Assembly (NCBI GenBank): GCA_016180645.1
Contig: JACPAV010000025.1
Location: forward strand, 1-64,000
Source of the DNA: Nitrospirota bacterium
Lineage (GTDB): Bacteria; JACPQY01
Length of the DNA stretch: 64,000 nucleotides
Reading direction: 5' to 3'
In this document: positions 28,764 through 38,014 of the stretch, piece by piece
Layout of the letters: every line of letters starts with the position of its first letter
How positions within the stretch are numbered: position 1 is the first letter of the stretch
Made by a program: the position numbers and the translations under genes
Notes under the pieces: generated by a model
Seen by the model: only the letters and a program-made list of their open reading frames with translations
Databases searched by the model: none
What the model was told of the DNA's origin: nothing

Positions 28764-28999
28764 CAGTCATGGGACGGCGATATCCCGCTCCGTCCGTCCC
28801 TCTGGGATGCATGCGGAAAACAATGAATAGGATGGAACGAACAAGAGCTCGCGGGGAGGCGCGAGAAGAGAAGGGTTCAACGGAAAGTCTATTTCGCATC
28901 TCTGTGGAACGGACCCGGAGAATAAGGGGGCGATCCTTTCCCGCCCGACCGGTCCCTGCCGAAGGGCGGGGGTCGATGGGGCGGGGAAAGGAGAGAACC

Positions 29000-29677
29000 A
29001 TGAAGCAACCTGATGTCGCAGACGCAAAAGGCAGTCAGGGCAGTAGTCATGGACAGATCGTCATGGCGTCGTTTGAGTCGGCCGCGGTGACGAAGCGGGA
29101 TATCCTCCAATGGGCCGGAAAGGGCTCGGAGGGGATCATCCTTGCGGTTACCGGTCACCGGCCGGACAAGATCGGTGGCTACGACGAAACGCACCCCACA
29201 AGAAGGGCCGTAAGGACGGGGATCCGGAAGGTGCTCGAAGGCATTTCGCCGACGGTTGCGCTGAGCGGAATGGCGCTCGGCGTCGACCAGGATTTTGCCG
29301 AAGAGTGCATTTCCTTGGGGATCCCGTTCGTGGCGGTCGTTCCGTTTCGCGGTCAGGAAAACGTCTGGCGCGGCTACGCGCGCGAGCGGTGGCGGAACCT
29401 GCTGAGGCAGGCCGTCGCCGTCGTGAACGTGAGCCCGCCGCCCTACGCCGGCTGGAAGCTCCAGCGGCGGAACGAATGGATGGTGGACCGATGCGATGCG
29501 CTCCTTGCCGTGTACGACGGGTCTCCCGGCGGCACGCGCAACTGCGTTGAATACGCCGAAAAGAGGCGGTTCAGTGCGGAAAGGCTGCACATCCTCCGAC
29601 CGGGGGACTGTGTGGAATCGCAGAGTGTTCCGGCGGTCATGCCGGCGGAATACCAAACGGCTTGCGCACCATGCTGA
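29000..29677 (+). CDS. SLOG family protein (YspA/DUF1273)
   Basis: AVTGHRP, SGMALGVD, RNEWMVD, YDGSPGGT.NCV.YA. Confidence 0.88.
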   Translation: MKQPDVADAKGSQGSSHGQIVMASFESAAVTKRDILQWAGKGSEGIILAVTGHRPDKIGGYDETHPTRRAVRTGIRKVLEGISPTVALSGMALGVDQDFAEECISLGIPFVAVVPFRGQENVWRGYARERWRNLLRQAVAVVNVSPPPYAGWKLQRRNEWMVDRCDALLAVYDGSPGGTRNCVEYAEKRRFSAERLHILRPGDCVESQSVPAVMPAEYQTACAPC

Positions 29678-30462
29678 AGGTCTACACCAGTCGTGTAGGG
29701 TACACGGGCCCCTTGCCGCTCGACGTCACGATCAAGTCGGCGGGAGAGATGGGGCGCGCGTTTGCACCGACGAGTTGGGACATGGTCCTGGGTGCAAAGA
29801 GCGGCCGCATTCCTCACGATCAGTACCGAACTTGGTACGAGGACGTCCTCGACAAGAGCCGGAAGGCGCAGCCGTGGCACTGGGAGAATCTCCTCGGGCT
29901 GCCCCGGGTGGTGCTCATGTGTTACTGCACCTCCCCCTTGAATTGCCACCGACGATATCTGAGCGAATACCTCATGAAAACGTTCGGGGCATCGTATCAA
30001 GGTGAGGTGCCGGTAAACGGCAGCGATCTTCCGGAAAGGTTTCCATTCAGCAACTTCCAGCCTGTGCCGGTGAGCCACGAGGGGATTTTGTATCCCAGCG
30101 TGGAGCACTACTACCAGGCGATGAAGACGCTGGACCTGGCGGAGCGGAGACGCATCGCCCAGCTGCCCACGCCGGGAATGGCGAAGACGGCGGGGAAGAA
30201 GCTCTTCCACCGTCGGGATTGGGAACGGGTCAAGATCGAGGTCATGCGCGATGGCCTCAAGAAGAAGTTCTCGCCGGGGTCGGCCTATCTGGCGGCGCTC
30301 CTGAGAACAGGCAGTGATGAGGTGGTCGAATCGAACCGGTGGCACGATGTGTTCTGGGGACGGTGCATCTGTCTCCAGCACAACGGTGCCGGGGAGAACC
30401 AGCTTGGTCAGCTGCTCATGGAGCTCCGCACGGAGGCGCGATCGGCGGGGATGAACGCGTGA
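29671..30462 (+). CDS. DUF488-like + NADAR (YbiA-like) fusion protein
   Basis: N-terminal FAP..Y..VLMCY..CHR; C-terminal FSNF..YPSVEHYYQAMK..KKF..LL.TG..VE..WG..GENQLG.LLM. Confidence 0.85.
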   Translation: MLKVYTSRVGYTGPLPLDVTIKSAGEMGRAFAPTSWDMVLGAKSGRIPHDQYRTWYEDVLDKSRKAQPWHWENLLGLPRVVLMCYCTSPLNCHRRYLSEYLMKTFGASYQGEVPVNGSDLPERFPFSNFQPVPVSHEGILYPSVEHYYQAMKTLDLAERRRIAQLPTPGMAKTAGKKLFHRRDWERVKIEVMRDGLKKKFSPGSAYLAALLRTGSDEVVESNRWHDVFWGRCICLQHNGAGENQLGQLLMELRTEARSAGMNA

Positions 30463-31023
30463 AATGGAAACGGCCCAAAGCCCGCCCGGGCCGTTCCATA
30501 GGGATGCGAAGCGAGAGGTGGACATGGGGAGAACGGGGCGATGATCCCACCACCTGAAATGTGAGACGTACACCCGACCGCTGGCATCTGGCGTGACAAG
30601 TATCAACTCTTCTCAATTCGGAGGTGATTCTCTCCTGGCGACGAGCGCATCACTCCCAGTGTGCCAGTGCCGTTCGCGTTGACGTTCTTCGGAACCCCTT
30701 AACCATCGGTTCCTCGTCAGAGATGAGTACGCTGTGAGGTGATAAAAAGGAGTTCACTCATGCAAGCCGCGTCCGGCGTGAACTTTGCGAACTGCGAACT
30801 GCGTCAAGATTCGAACCCGAGCGTCGGCGGGTGGGCTGCCACGATACATTGTGGGTGATATTGCGGATGAGGACGTCGTTGAAGTGGTAGACGTAGCTCC
30901 CGGTGCAGCCAAGGGGATCGGTTGAAGAGACGAGGCGGTTCATCGTTTCTTCGCAGAGTCACCAGTCAAGCTGTGACCCTCAATCTTCAGGTCCGTCTTT
31001 CTATGACCGTTCGCGCAATTCGT

Positions 31024-32751
31024 TCAGAAAGGTGCGGCTGCGCACCCGAAGCCGACCGATTCTGTCTTCTCGCGTGAGGTGGGGTCCTCCATCTGGGCCG
31101 GGGAGGACAGCGCTTGCCTCGGCGGAGCCAGCGGAAACTTCACCGGGTCGTACTCGACAATCTGGTCGCTCACGTCGTACCCTAGTACCCCCAAGTACCC
31201 CCCGAAGCAGTAGATCTTCCCGTTGGCCGGCCCCACACAGGACAAATCGCTCCGCGCCGACGGCAGCTTGGCCGATTTCGTTGCAACGGTATCACCGGCC
31301 GGGTCGTACTCGACAATCTGGTCGAAGCGGCTGCCGCCGATCCCCCCCAAGCAGTAGATCTTCCCGTTGGCCGGCCCCGCACAGGACAAATCGCTCCGCG
31401 CCGATGGCAGCTTGGCCGATTTCGTTGCAACGGTATCACTGGCCGGGTTGTACTCAACAATCTGGTCGCTCACGTCCTGCCGTAGCACCCCCAAGGACCC
31501 CCCGAAGCAGTAGATCTTCCCGTTGGCCGGCCCCACACAGGACAAATCGCTCCGCGCCGACGGCAGCTTGGCCGATTTCGTTACAACGGTATCACCGGCC
31601 GGATCGTATTCGACGATCTCTTCATTGCCTACCCCCCCGAAGCAGTAGATCTTCCCGTTGGCCGGCCCCGCACAGGACAAATTGCTCCGCGCCGACGGCA
31701 GCCTGGCCGATTTCGTTACAACGGTATCGCTGGCCGGGTTGTACTCGACGATCTCGTAGACGCCCATGTGCGAAGTGCCCTTCAGCTCGGTCCCCCCGAA
31801 GCAGTAGATCTTCCCGTTGGCCGGCCCCGCACAGGACAAATCACCCCGCGCCGACGGCAGCTTGGCCGATTTGGTTGCCACGGTACGCCTGGCCGGGTCG
31901 TACTCGACGATCTGGTCTTCATATTCGAAGTAGCCAGCACCGCCGATCCCCCGCCCCCCGAAGCAATAGATCTTCCCATTGGCCGAGCCCGCACAGGACA
32001 AGTCCTCCCACCCGGCCGGTAGCTTGGCAACAACGGGCAGCGCGCAAGCGTCGTCGATCTCTCCGTCGCAATCGTTGTCCTTGCCGTCACAACTCTCGGC
32101 TGAAGGAGTGCCCGGCGTGGCATTGCATTCTGTGTCGGTCCCATCAGTCTTACACTTAAGAGTTCCGGCTTTCGCGCATTCCCCTACACCCACTGTACAG
32201 GAGGGGCCAATGTCGAACCCTTCGTCGACCTTTCCGTCGCAGTCGTTATCCACGTCGTCACATACCTCAGGATTACCGGGAAATGCCTTTCCTTTCGAAT
32301 CGTCACAGTCTCCCTGCTTGAAGCTGGAGTTTTGTCCACCACAGATATCCGTACTTCGTGGATTGCCACTCCCAAACCCATCTCCATCGCTGTCAACAAA
32401 ACCAACGCAGATCTCGATACGTTCAGACCGCTTTGGCCCATTGAAAGCGTGCAAGCGATACCTGCCCCCTTCACCACTTCCGTCCCGCCAACGGGTTGTA
32501 TCTCTTGGAAGACTTGCTATAGGGGAGAAGTTATTGCCTTGCCTCTCGGTCGATTTCTCGACAACAAAACCATCTTCAAAGTTTGAATCATCCTTCCATG
32601 TCAAAATGACGCTTCCTTGTTCAAAAGATGCGCCAAGGTCACTGGGTGGATCGGGCGTTGGATCGGCACCGAACATTTCAGCCAGCCCGCATGAGGGGAG
32701 TGCAAGTACAATGAGGTACAGAAAGGTTGTCCTGATCCCGCCTCTCAACAC
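31024..32751 (-). CDS. Lipoprotein: FN3-like + MopE-type Cys/Asp repeats + Kelch propeller
   Basis: Lipobox LPSC; E.CD..DNDCDG..DE motifs; six GKIYC(F/L)GG Kelch repeats; GTG start approximate. Confidence 0.85.
   Translation of the reverse strand: MLRGGIRTTFLYLIVLALPSCGLAEMFGADPTPDPPSDLGASFEQGSVILTWKDDSNFEDGFVVEKSTERQGNNFSPIASLPRDTTRWRDGSGEGGRYRLHAFNGPKRSERIEICVGFVDSDGDGFGSGNPRSTDICGGQNSSFKQGDCDDSKGKAFPGNPEVCDDVDNDCDGKVDEGFDIGPSCTVGVGECAKAGTLKCKTDGTDTECNATPGTPSAESCDGKDNDCDGEIDDACALPVVAKLPAGWEDLSCAGSANGKIYCFGGRGIGGAGYFEYEDQIVEYDPARRTVATKSAKLPSARGDLSCAGPANGKIYCFGGTELKGTSHMGVYEIVEYNPASDTVVTKSARLPSARSNLSCAGPANGKIYCFGGVGNEEIVEYDPAGDTVVTKSAKLPSARSDLSCVGPANGKIYCFGGSLGVLRQDVSDQIVEYNPASDTVATKSAKLPSARSDLSCAGPANGKIYCLGGIGGSRFDQIVEYDPAGDTVATKSAKLPSARSDLSCVGPANGKIYCFGGYLGVLGYDVSDQIVEYDPVKFPLAPPRQALSSPAQMEDPTSREKTESVGFGCAAAPF
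31140..32025 (-). repeat. Near-identical intragenic tandem repeats encoding Kelch blades
   Basis: Six copies of cagtagatcttcccgttggccggccc...; unit length roughly 135-160 bp. Confidence 0.9.
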
Positions 32752-32785
32752 TCGCCTGCGGGAAGCATCGCGGATTCCAGGCGCA

Positions 32786-33544
32786 CTATTCCGGAACTGC
32801 CGCTCTGCCCCCAATGACCGTGCGTTCAATGTAGTTGTCCACTCCCATCGTCTTGCGAAGCTGGTAGTTGTACAGATCAGCATTCTCCTGCGCAAAGAAC
32901 GCTGGCGTCACCCTTTTCTTTCGGAGCTTGTATCCCATGGGAAACAAGATCCCGCTCGTACCCCCAAACGCCGCAGCTATTGGGAAAGCAAATATCACTC
33001 CAGCCACCTGGGCATCTTCTGACTTGCCTTTCTTCATCAGGTAGTCGCCCAGTAGTTGTGATCCCGTTCCGAGAACAGCCATCCACCATCCCGCTGTGAT
33101 AAGTTTCTCCGCTAGTTCCTCTCTTCCCTTTGCGATCGCCACAAGTTCCATCTGCTGGCTCTTTTCCCAGAACTGGGATTCCTTCAAGGGAACAATCCCC
33201 TCAAAAGGCGCCCATGTCTTGATTTGTGAGATGTTTGTGCTTTCAAACGAGCCAAACTTTCCGAGATTCGTTGAACTCTGCTTCACTTCGAGCTCCGTTG
33301 CACTTTCAATAGAGATCTTCCGTTCAATGTATGAGCGGTACTGCGTGACAACCTCATCGTCTTCCAACACGGGTGGGGACGCGGATTGTTCAACCGATTT
33401 CAGAGTCTCTTTTTTCAGGTGCTTTTGAATAATGTCGTCTTGTCCCCAAGCAGGGAAACCTGTAAAGGCCAAGACAACGAACAGCGCAACTGATGCTGCC
33501 CTCGTCGTCAGCCCCACCCTACGCGACCTACGTGTTTGTCTCAT
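32786..33544 (-). CDS. Hypothetical exported/membrane protein
   Basis: GGAGG RBS; signal peptide; two C-terminal hydrophobic segments; lower GC. Confidence 0.7.
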   Translation of the reverse strand: MRQTRRSRRVGLTTRAASVALFVVLAFTGFPAWGQDDIIQKHLKKETLKSVEQSASPPVLEDDEVVTQYRSYIERKISIESATELEVKQSSTNLGKFGSFESTNISQIKTWAPFEGIVPLKESQFWEKSQQMELVAIAKGREELAEKLITAGWWMAVLGTGSQLLGDYLMKKGKSEDAQVAGVIFAFPIAAAFGGTSGILFPMGYKLRKKRVTPAFFAQENADLYNYQLRKTMGVDNYIERTVIGGRAAVPE

Positions 33545-34018
33545 GGCACCTCCCGATACTTTACATTTCCACCATCAACGTGGCTCCTGTGATCTACGTG
33601 GTTGGCCAACCGCAATCTGTTATGAAAGCGGCTTGCAATTGCACTGAAAAGGAAGGGATGACCCGATATTTCCATATTGATATACTTGGCGCGGTCAACA
33701 TTTGAGCTTCTTGGGGGCCATCCCGTAGCTCCCGATTTTACATCGGGCGATAGATCGTCCTAGACCGCACCCGATTTCTTTGGACATTGGATTAGCGATG
33801 GTAGGATGGGTTTGACAGGAGGTGGCTATGTCCAAGAAATCGAACGGTGATGCAACCCCGGAGGCTCGCGAAGCGCTCACCGGCCGGCTTGATCTCCCCC
33901 GTCGAGATGTCCTTTACTTTTCCATTACCCATATCTCCTCCCTCCAATTACCTCCCCTCCTGACGCGGCAAAGCCGCGTTGAGAATCGACCATCGCTTTT
34001 CACTGATCCCACCCCCTG

Positions 34019-35689
34019 CTATTGCCCACCTGTGGTCGTCTTGAGGATCGTGCCGCCTAACCCTACCGCGTAGCCCGTGGTCGCGTCCACCGGGAAGTGG
34101 ACGGCATAGAGATGGTTGCTCGTTCCCGATGTCTGGGCGGTCCAAGTGGCGCCGCCGTCGGTCGTCTTGAGGATCTTGCCCGAATCCCCCACGGCGTAGC
34201 CCGTCGTCGCGTCCACAGGGAAGTGGACGGTGTAGAGCCAGTTCGTCGTCCCCGAGGTCTGGGCTACCCAATTGGCGCCGCCATTCGTCGTCTTGAGGAT
34301 CGTGCCATTCCCCCCCACCGCGTAGCCTGTGGTCACGTCCACAGGGAAGTGGACGGCACTGAGGTTGGAGCTCGTTCCCGATGTCTGGGCGGTCCAGGTG
34401 GCGCCGCCATTGGTCGTCTTGAGGATCGTGCCACCCACCCCCACGGCGTAGCCTGTGGTCGTGTCCACCGGGAAGTGGATGCCATAGAGGTAAAAGCCCG
34501 TTCCCGATGTCTGGGTCCAGGTGGTGCCGCCATCGGTCGTTTTGAGGATCGCGTTGCTTGGCCCCACGGCGTAGCCGGTCGTCGCATCCACAGGGAAGTT
34601 GACGGATTCGATCCCTTCGCTCGTCCCCGAGGTCTGGGCGGTCCAGGGCAGGGGGAGGGTCATCGCGCTCTTTTCCGTGGTGTTCGGATCCTCGTTGCCC
34701 TTTTCGTCCACGGCGCGGGCGACGAAGTAGTAGGTGGCGCCAGCGGTGTAACCCGTTGCGCGGTGGGAGGTGGCGCCGGCGGCGGTCGTGTACGTGGCGG
34801 TGAACGAACGCCCGCACGTTCCTGACGTGTTGGATTGGCAGATGCGGTAGATGATGTTAGCTGGCGCGCTCACATTGTCCGTCGCAGCCGCCCAAGCGAG
34901 GTCGATTTGGCTCCTAGAGACCCCCGTAGCCGAGGATAGGCCGGCAAAAGTTGGGGGTGTCGTGTCGCAGGCGTTGTCCGTTTGCCCGTCGCAGTCGTTG
35001 TCTTTGCCGTCGCAGATTTCGGCCACCGGGATCACCTCGCCGCTGCACGTTCCCCACTGGCCGCCCGAGCAGGTCTGGGAGCCAGCCTTGCAGACACCCG
35101 TGCCTTTCGTTTCGGAGGCACCACTGTAACAGCTTTGGATCAACCCGTCGGTGCAGGCACATCCCTCGTCCACACTCGCGTCGCAGTCGTTGTCTTTGCC
35201 GTCGCACTTTTCAGGATTCCCAGGGAAAACGTCACTATCGGAGTCTTTGCAGTCTCCGCCCACCAATAGAAGTGAGTCCGGCCCTGGGCAGGCCTCATAT
35301 GTCCCCGGCCACACGCCATACCCATCTCCGTCCCGGTCCTGGAAAAATAGACACCGCTCGGCCGCCGAAGATTTCTTGTTGCCCCTGACAGCATACACTC
35401 GGTAGCGGGCACCCTGAATTGTCTCTTCGGAAAATTCGGTACTGTTCTCAGGCAAACGGGCAAGAACTGAAAACCCTTCGCCTTGCGCTTCCGTGGATTT
35501 TTCTACGACATACCCTTTCTCGAAGTCCGAGTTGTCATTCCAATGCAGTCTTACCACGCCATCCTTATAGTCGACCCTGAAACCATCTGGCCCATCCGGT
35601 GTCGGATCCGCTCCAACCAGTTCCCCCACAGCCCCGCAGGATTGCACGCCGAGTGCGATCCCACAAAGAGCGAACAGCTTATATATCAT
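34019..35689 (-). CDS. Lipoprotein: FN3-like + MopE-type repeats + FN3 + YCF48/BNR propeller
   Basis: Lipobox VQSC; DNDCD motifs; five 42-aa GYAVG..ILKTT.GG..W repeats. Confidence 0.85.
   Translation of the reverse strand: MIYKLFALCGIALGVQSCGAVGELVGADPTPDGPDGFRVDYKDGVVRLHWNDNSDFEKGYVVEKSTEAQGEGFSVLARLPENSTEFSEETIQGARYRVYAVRGNKKSSAAERCLFFQDRDGDGYGVWPGTYEACPGPDSLLLVGGDCKDSDSDVFPGNPEKCDGKDNDCDASVDEGCACTDGLIQSCYSGASETKGTGVCKAGSQTCSGGQWGTCSGEVIPVAEICDGKDNDCDGQTDNACDTTPPTFAGLSSATGVSRSQIDLAWAAATDNVSAPANIIYRICQSNTSGTCGRSFTATYTTAAGATSHRATGYTAGATYYFVARAVDEKGNEDPNTTEKSAMTLPLPWTAQTSGTSEGIESVNFPVDATTGYAVGPSNAILKTTDGGTTWTQTSGTGFYLYGIHFPVDTTTGYAVGVGGTILKTTNGGATWTAQTSGTSSNLSAVHFPVDVTTGYAVGGNGTILKTTNGGANWVAQTSGTTNWLYTVHFPVDATTGYAVGDSGKILKTTDGGATWTAQTSGTSNHLYAVHFPVDATTGYAVGLGGTILKTTTGGQ
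34025..34650 (-). repeat. 126-bp intragenic tandem repeat (about 5 copies)
   Basis: gtcgt(c/t)ttgaggatc recurs every 126 bp. Confidence 0.9.
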
Positions 35690-35807
35690 TCCCCCGCAGC
35701 TTGGCAGGCGGGGGAGGCGGTGATTCTGCTCGCCACGCCGACGCTGGAAATCCCTCAAACATGTCCGCGGATACCCAAAATAAATTTGACGGCAATGGTG
35801 CCAAGAC

Positions 35808-36230
35808 TCATTGGCATTTGACACCACCCACTTGCTCGGGAACGGTACAGCCCCCGCCAGCAGTTCCCCCCGCGGCTTTACATGCACCAACGCAATACGT
35901 TTTTGCGCATCTGCACTTCTCTGTGTAACCTTCTTGCTGGCAAGCGGCAGCCCCCGCCACATCACTTATCTTGCTGCACGTTGCAAGTTTCTCCTGTGCT
36001 TTCAACGTACAATCGTTGAATTGAGCGCAGGGATTATTGGATGCAGCCGAAGCAGCAGATGTAGCCGCTGAACTTGCGTCTCCTTCATCTCCCCCACAAC
36101 TGAAGCTATTCAAGACCGCAATAGCGAGAAAAAAGACGGCAAGAACTCCAGTAACGGGAGGTTCTGTTAAGAGGTGTGCAAGCCGATATCTCCGATTTGA
36201 CTCCCGTTTTACCCCTGTGACGGTTTCCAT
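35808..36230 (-). CDS. Small Cys-rich lipoprotein
   Basis: Hydrophobic stretch ending in SFSC; many Cys residues. Confidence 0.55.
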   Translation of the reverse strand: METVTGVKRESNRRYRLAHLLTEPPVTGVLAVFFLAIAVLNSFSCGGDEGDASSAATSAASAASNNPCAQFNDCTLKAQEKLATCSKISDVAGAAACQQEGYTEKCRCAKTYCVGACKAAGGTAGGGCTVPEQVGGVKCQ

Positions 36231-36453
36231 GACGGATGTGGCGATTGTAGCCTGGGCTGATACCTTGTCAAATGCCTCTTAACAGCCAGCCCGAGCATTT
36301 CAGGGTGAATCTGGCCATTTGGGTTGGGGGGCGTAATCCGCATAGAGTCGGAATTCGAGGGCCTCCCGGCCTGTAGGACCCGTTGACGGCCTTTCCGCGC
36401 TCCACCGCTCCTCGACCCATCACCCAGCGTGTGCCTCGGCTCTCCGAGCGTGC

Positions 36454-36532
36454 ATGATCCCACCACCTGCAATCCGCCTGCGGCGGACTCGGAAAAGAGG
36501 CGCTTCTGCGCCTGTTGCAGGTGGTGGGATGA
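36454..36532. repeat. Repeat B, intergenic
   Basis: atcccaccacctgcaa...ttgcaggtggtgggat. Confidence 0.9.
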
Positions 36533-36699
36533 TGAGGAACCCCTACCATCGGTTCCTCGTCGAAGGGGATGACCTCGCGGTGAGGTGAGCGGAAGGAATT
36601 CAGCAAGGCATCTTGTCTGCCATGAGCCTCGGGGACTCTTTCAAGATTCGCACCCGAGCGTCGCGCGGGCGAGGCGCAATCACGATTGGTTCCAATCTC

Positions 36700-36826
36700 T
36701 TCACCTCTCCGGCAAAGGAGGCGTACGGCACGGGGAACATGAAATCCGTCATGAACGGCGCCCTGACGATCGGGACGATCGAGGCTGCGGCGGACCCCTT
36801 CCTCTTCGGCCTCACGGCCGTCGAGT
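36700..36826 (+). pseudogene. glgP: Glycogen/starch phosphorylase fragment (PLP-binding motif)
   Basis: KEAYGTGNMKSVMNGALTIGT..FLFGLT matches the EASGTGNMK..NGALTIGT signature; only about 40 codons are present. Confidence 0.7.
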
Positions 36827-37384
36827 GGGCGATCCTGCACGCCCGGACCCTGCGGCGAACGCGAAGAGGCGCCGCAGGCTCAGGCCGAGTCCGCCCCACA
36901 ACGGAGCGAGCCACAACGGAAGCGGGGTGAAGGCGGCGTACGTGTATCGAAACAACGAGAGATGGACGAGACCCAGTTCGATCGCCGCGTCCCCGACCAT
37001 GAATCCGGCCGCGACCATGAGGTCGCCGAGTCGCCGACAGAAGACGAGCCGCGCGGCGAGGTACGCAGCGACAACAACCGCCAACGCGACCTCCCGCGCG
37101 TGAAGGATCGCAGGCGCCGCGAATAGCGTGAGCAGGATCGTCGTCTCGAGGCCGACCTCGCGGCCCGTCGGAAGCATGGGCTGAGAAATGCGTCGTTCGA
37201 GCGCGCCGAAGCCGGCATTCGCGCCGAGGATCCCCGCGAAGTACACGGCCGCGATCCACACAGGAAGCGGGGCTCCTTCCGGAAGCGTCCATACGCGCGC
37301 CCGCAGGTGGACGGACTCCGCAACGAAACCGATCGCGCCCCCGATGGCGGCGAGGCCGATCGATCGCGCTACTTTGGCCGTCAC
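36812..37384 (-). CDS. Membrane protein (DUF2878-like)
   Basis: Multiple TM segments; two P.W motifs (PLPVW, PLPLWLAPLWG). Confidence 0.55.
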   Translation of the reverse strand: MTAKVARSIGLAAIGGAIGFVAESVHLRARVWTLPEGAPLPVWIAAVYFAGILGANAGFGALERRISQPMLPTGREVGLETTILLTLFAAPAILHAREVALAVVVAAYLAARLVFCRRLGDLMVAAGFMVGDAAIELGLVHLSLFRYTYAAFTPLPLWLAPLWGGLGLSLRRLFAFAAGSGRAGSPTRRP

Positions 37385-37493
37385 GCGGCTATTCTACGCC
37401 TTTCAAGGGCGTATTTCGCCGCTCCGAGAGCGACCATCGGGGATACGAAGAAGCCGCTGGAAATGAATTGTTATGGGGTTCCTGCGTCGTGGC

Positions 37494-37511
37494 TTGTTTC
37501 ACCTGAAACAA
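37494..37511. promoter_or_regulatory. parS-like palindrome
   Basis: tTGTTTCACCTGAAACAa. Confidence 0.55.
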
Positions 37512-37655
37512 ACGCGGAGGAATCGGGGCGGGGTGTGTGTGAATAGACTCATCGTTAGAGAGGGTTCGGACGGTTGGTTGGCACCGGATTGCAATAGGGA
37601 AGGCGTGACGAATGAAGAACAAACGATTGCGGTCAGAAAGAGAGGTCAGACAGTC

Positions 37656-37958
37656 ATGAACAAGAACAGCAAGGACGACAAAACAAAGAGGGCCCGGATG
37701 CCTTTTCCATTCCCGATGCTGGGCGGAAGCCAGTCGGGCGTATCGGATCTCGAGGAGCTTTACGTCGACGCCCTCGCGGAGGGCGGCATGTGCGAAGCAC
37801 CGGAGCAGGATCGAACGGTGGAAATGCTGTCGATCGGCGGAACGACGGTGGTCCGGCGGGTGGGTCGGCGGTCGAGAGTCATCGTCCCCTCCGCTCCGCT
37901 CCACGGACGACGAGATGAAGAATCATGGGAACCTTACATCGAGGTCGATCTGGCGTGA
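37656..37958 (+). CDS. Hypothetical protein at the head of the tra operon
   Basis: GAGG RBS; C-terminus is encoded by repeat A. Confidence 0.45.
   Translation: MNKNSKDDKTKRARMPFPFPMLGGSQSGVSDLEELYVDALAEGGMCEAPEQDRTVEMLSIGGTTVVRRVGRRSRVIVPSAPLHGRRDEESWEPYIEVDLA
37886..37941 (+). repeat. Repeat A, in frame in a small ORF
   Basis: Direct alignment. Confidence 0.88.
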
Positions 37959-38014
37959 GGACGAACTTGGGATCCCTGCTCGTTGCGCTCCGTGGTGGAA
38001 AGGCCGCGGGCGAG

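Noticed and set aside
30903-33022. Long plus-strand ORFs 30903-32159 and 31979-33022
   Set aside because: Antisense shadows of the Kelch lipoprotein gene.
31140-34650. Tandem repeats as CRISPR or DGR template/variable repeats
   Set aside because: They are in-frame propeller blades; there is no reverse transcriptase and no adenine-specific variation.
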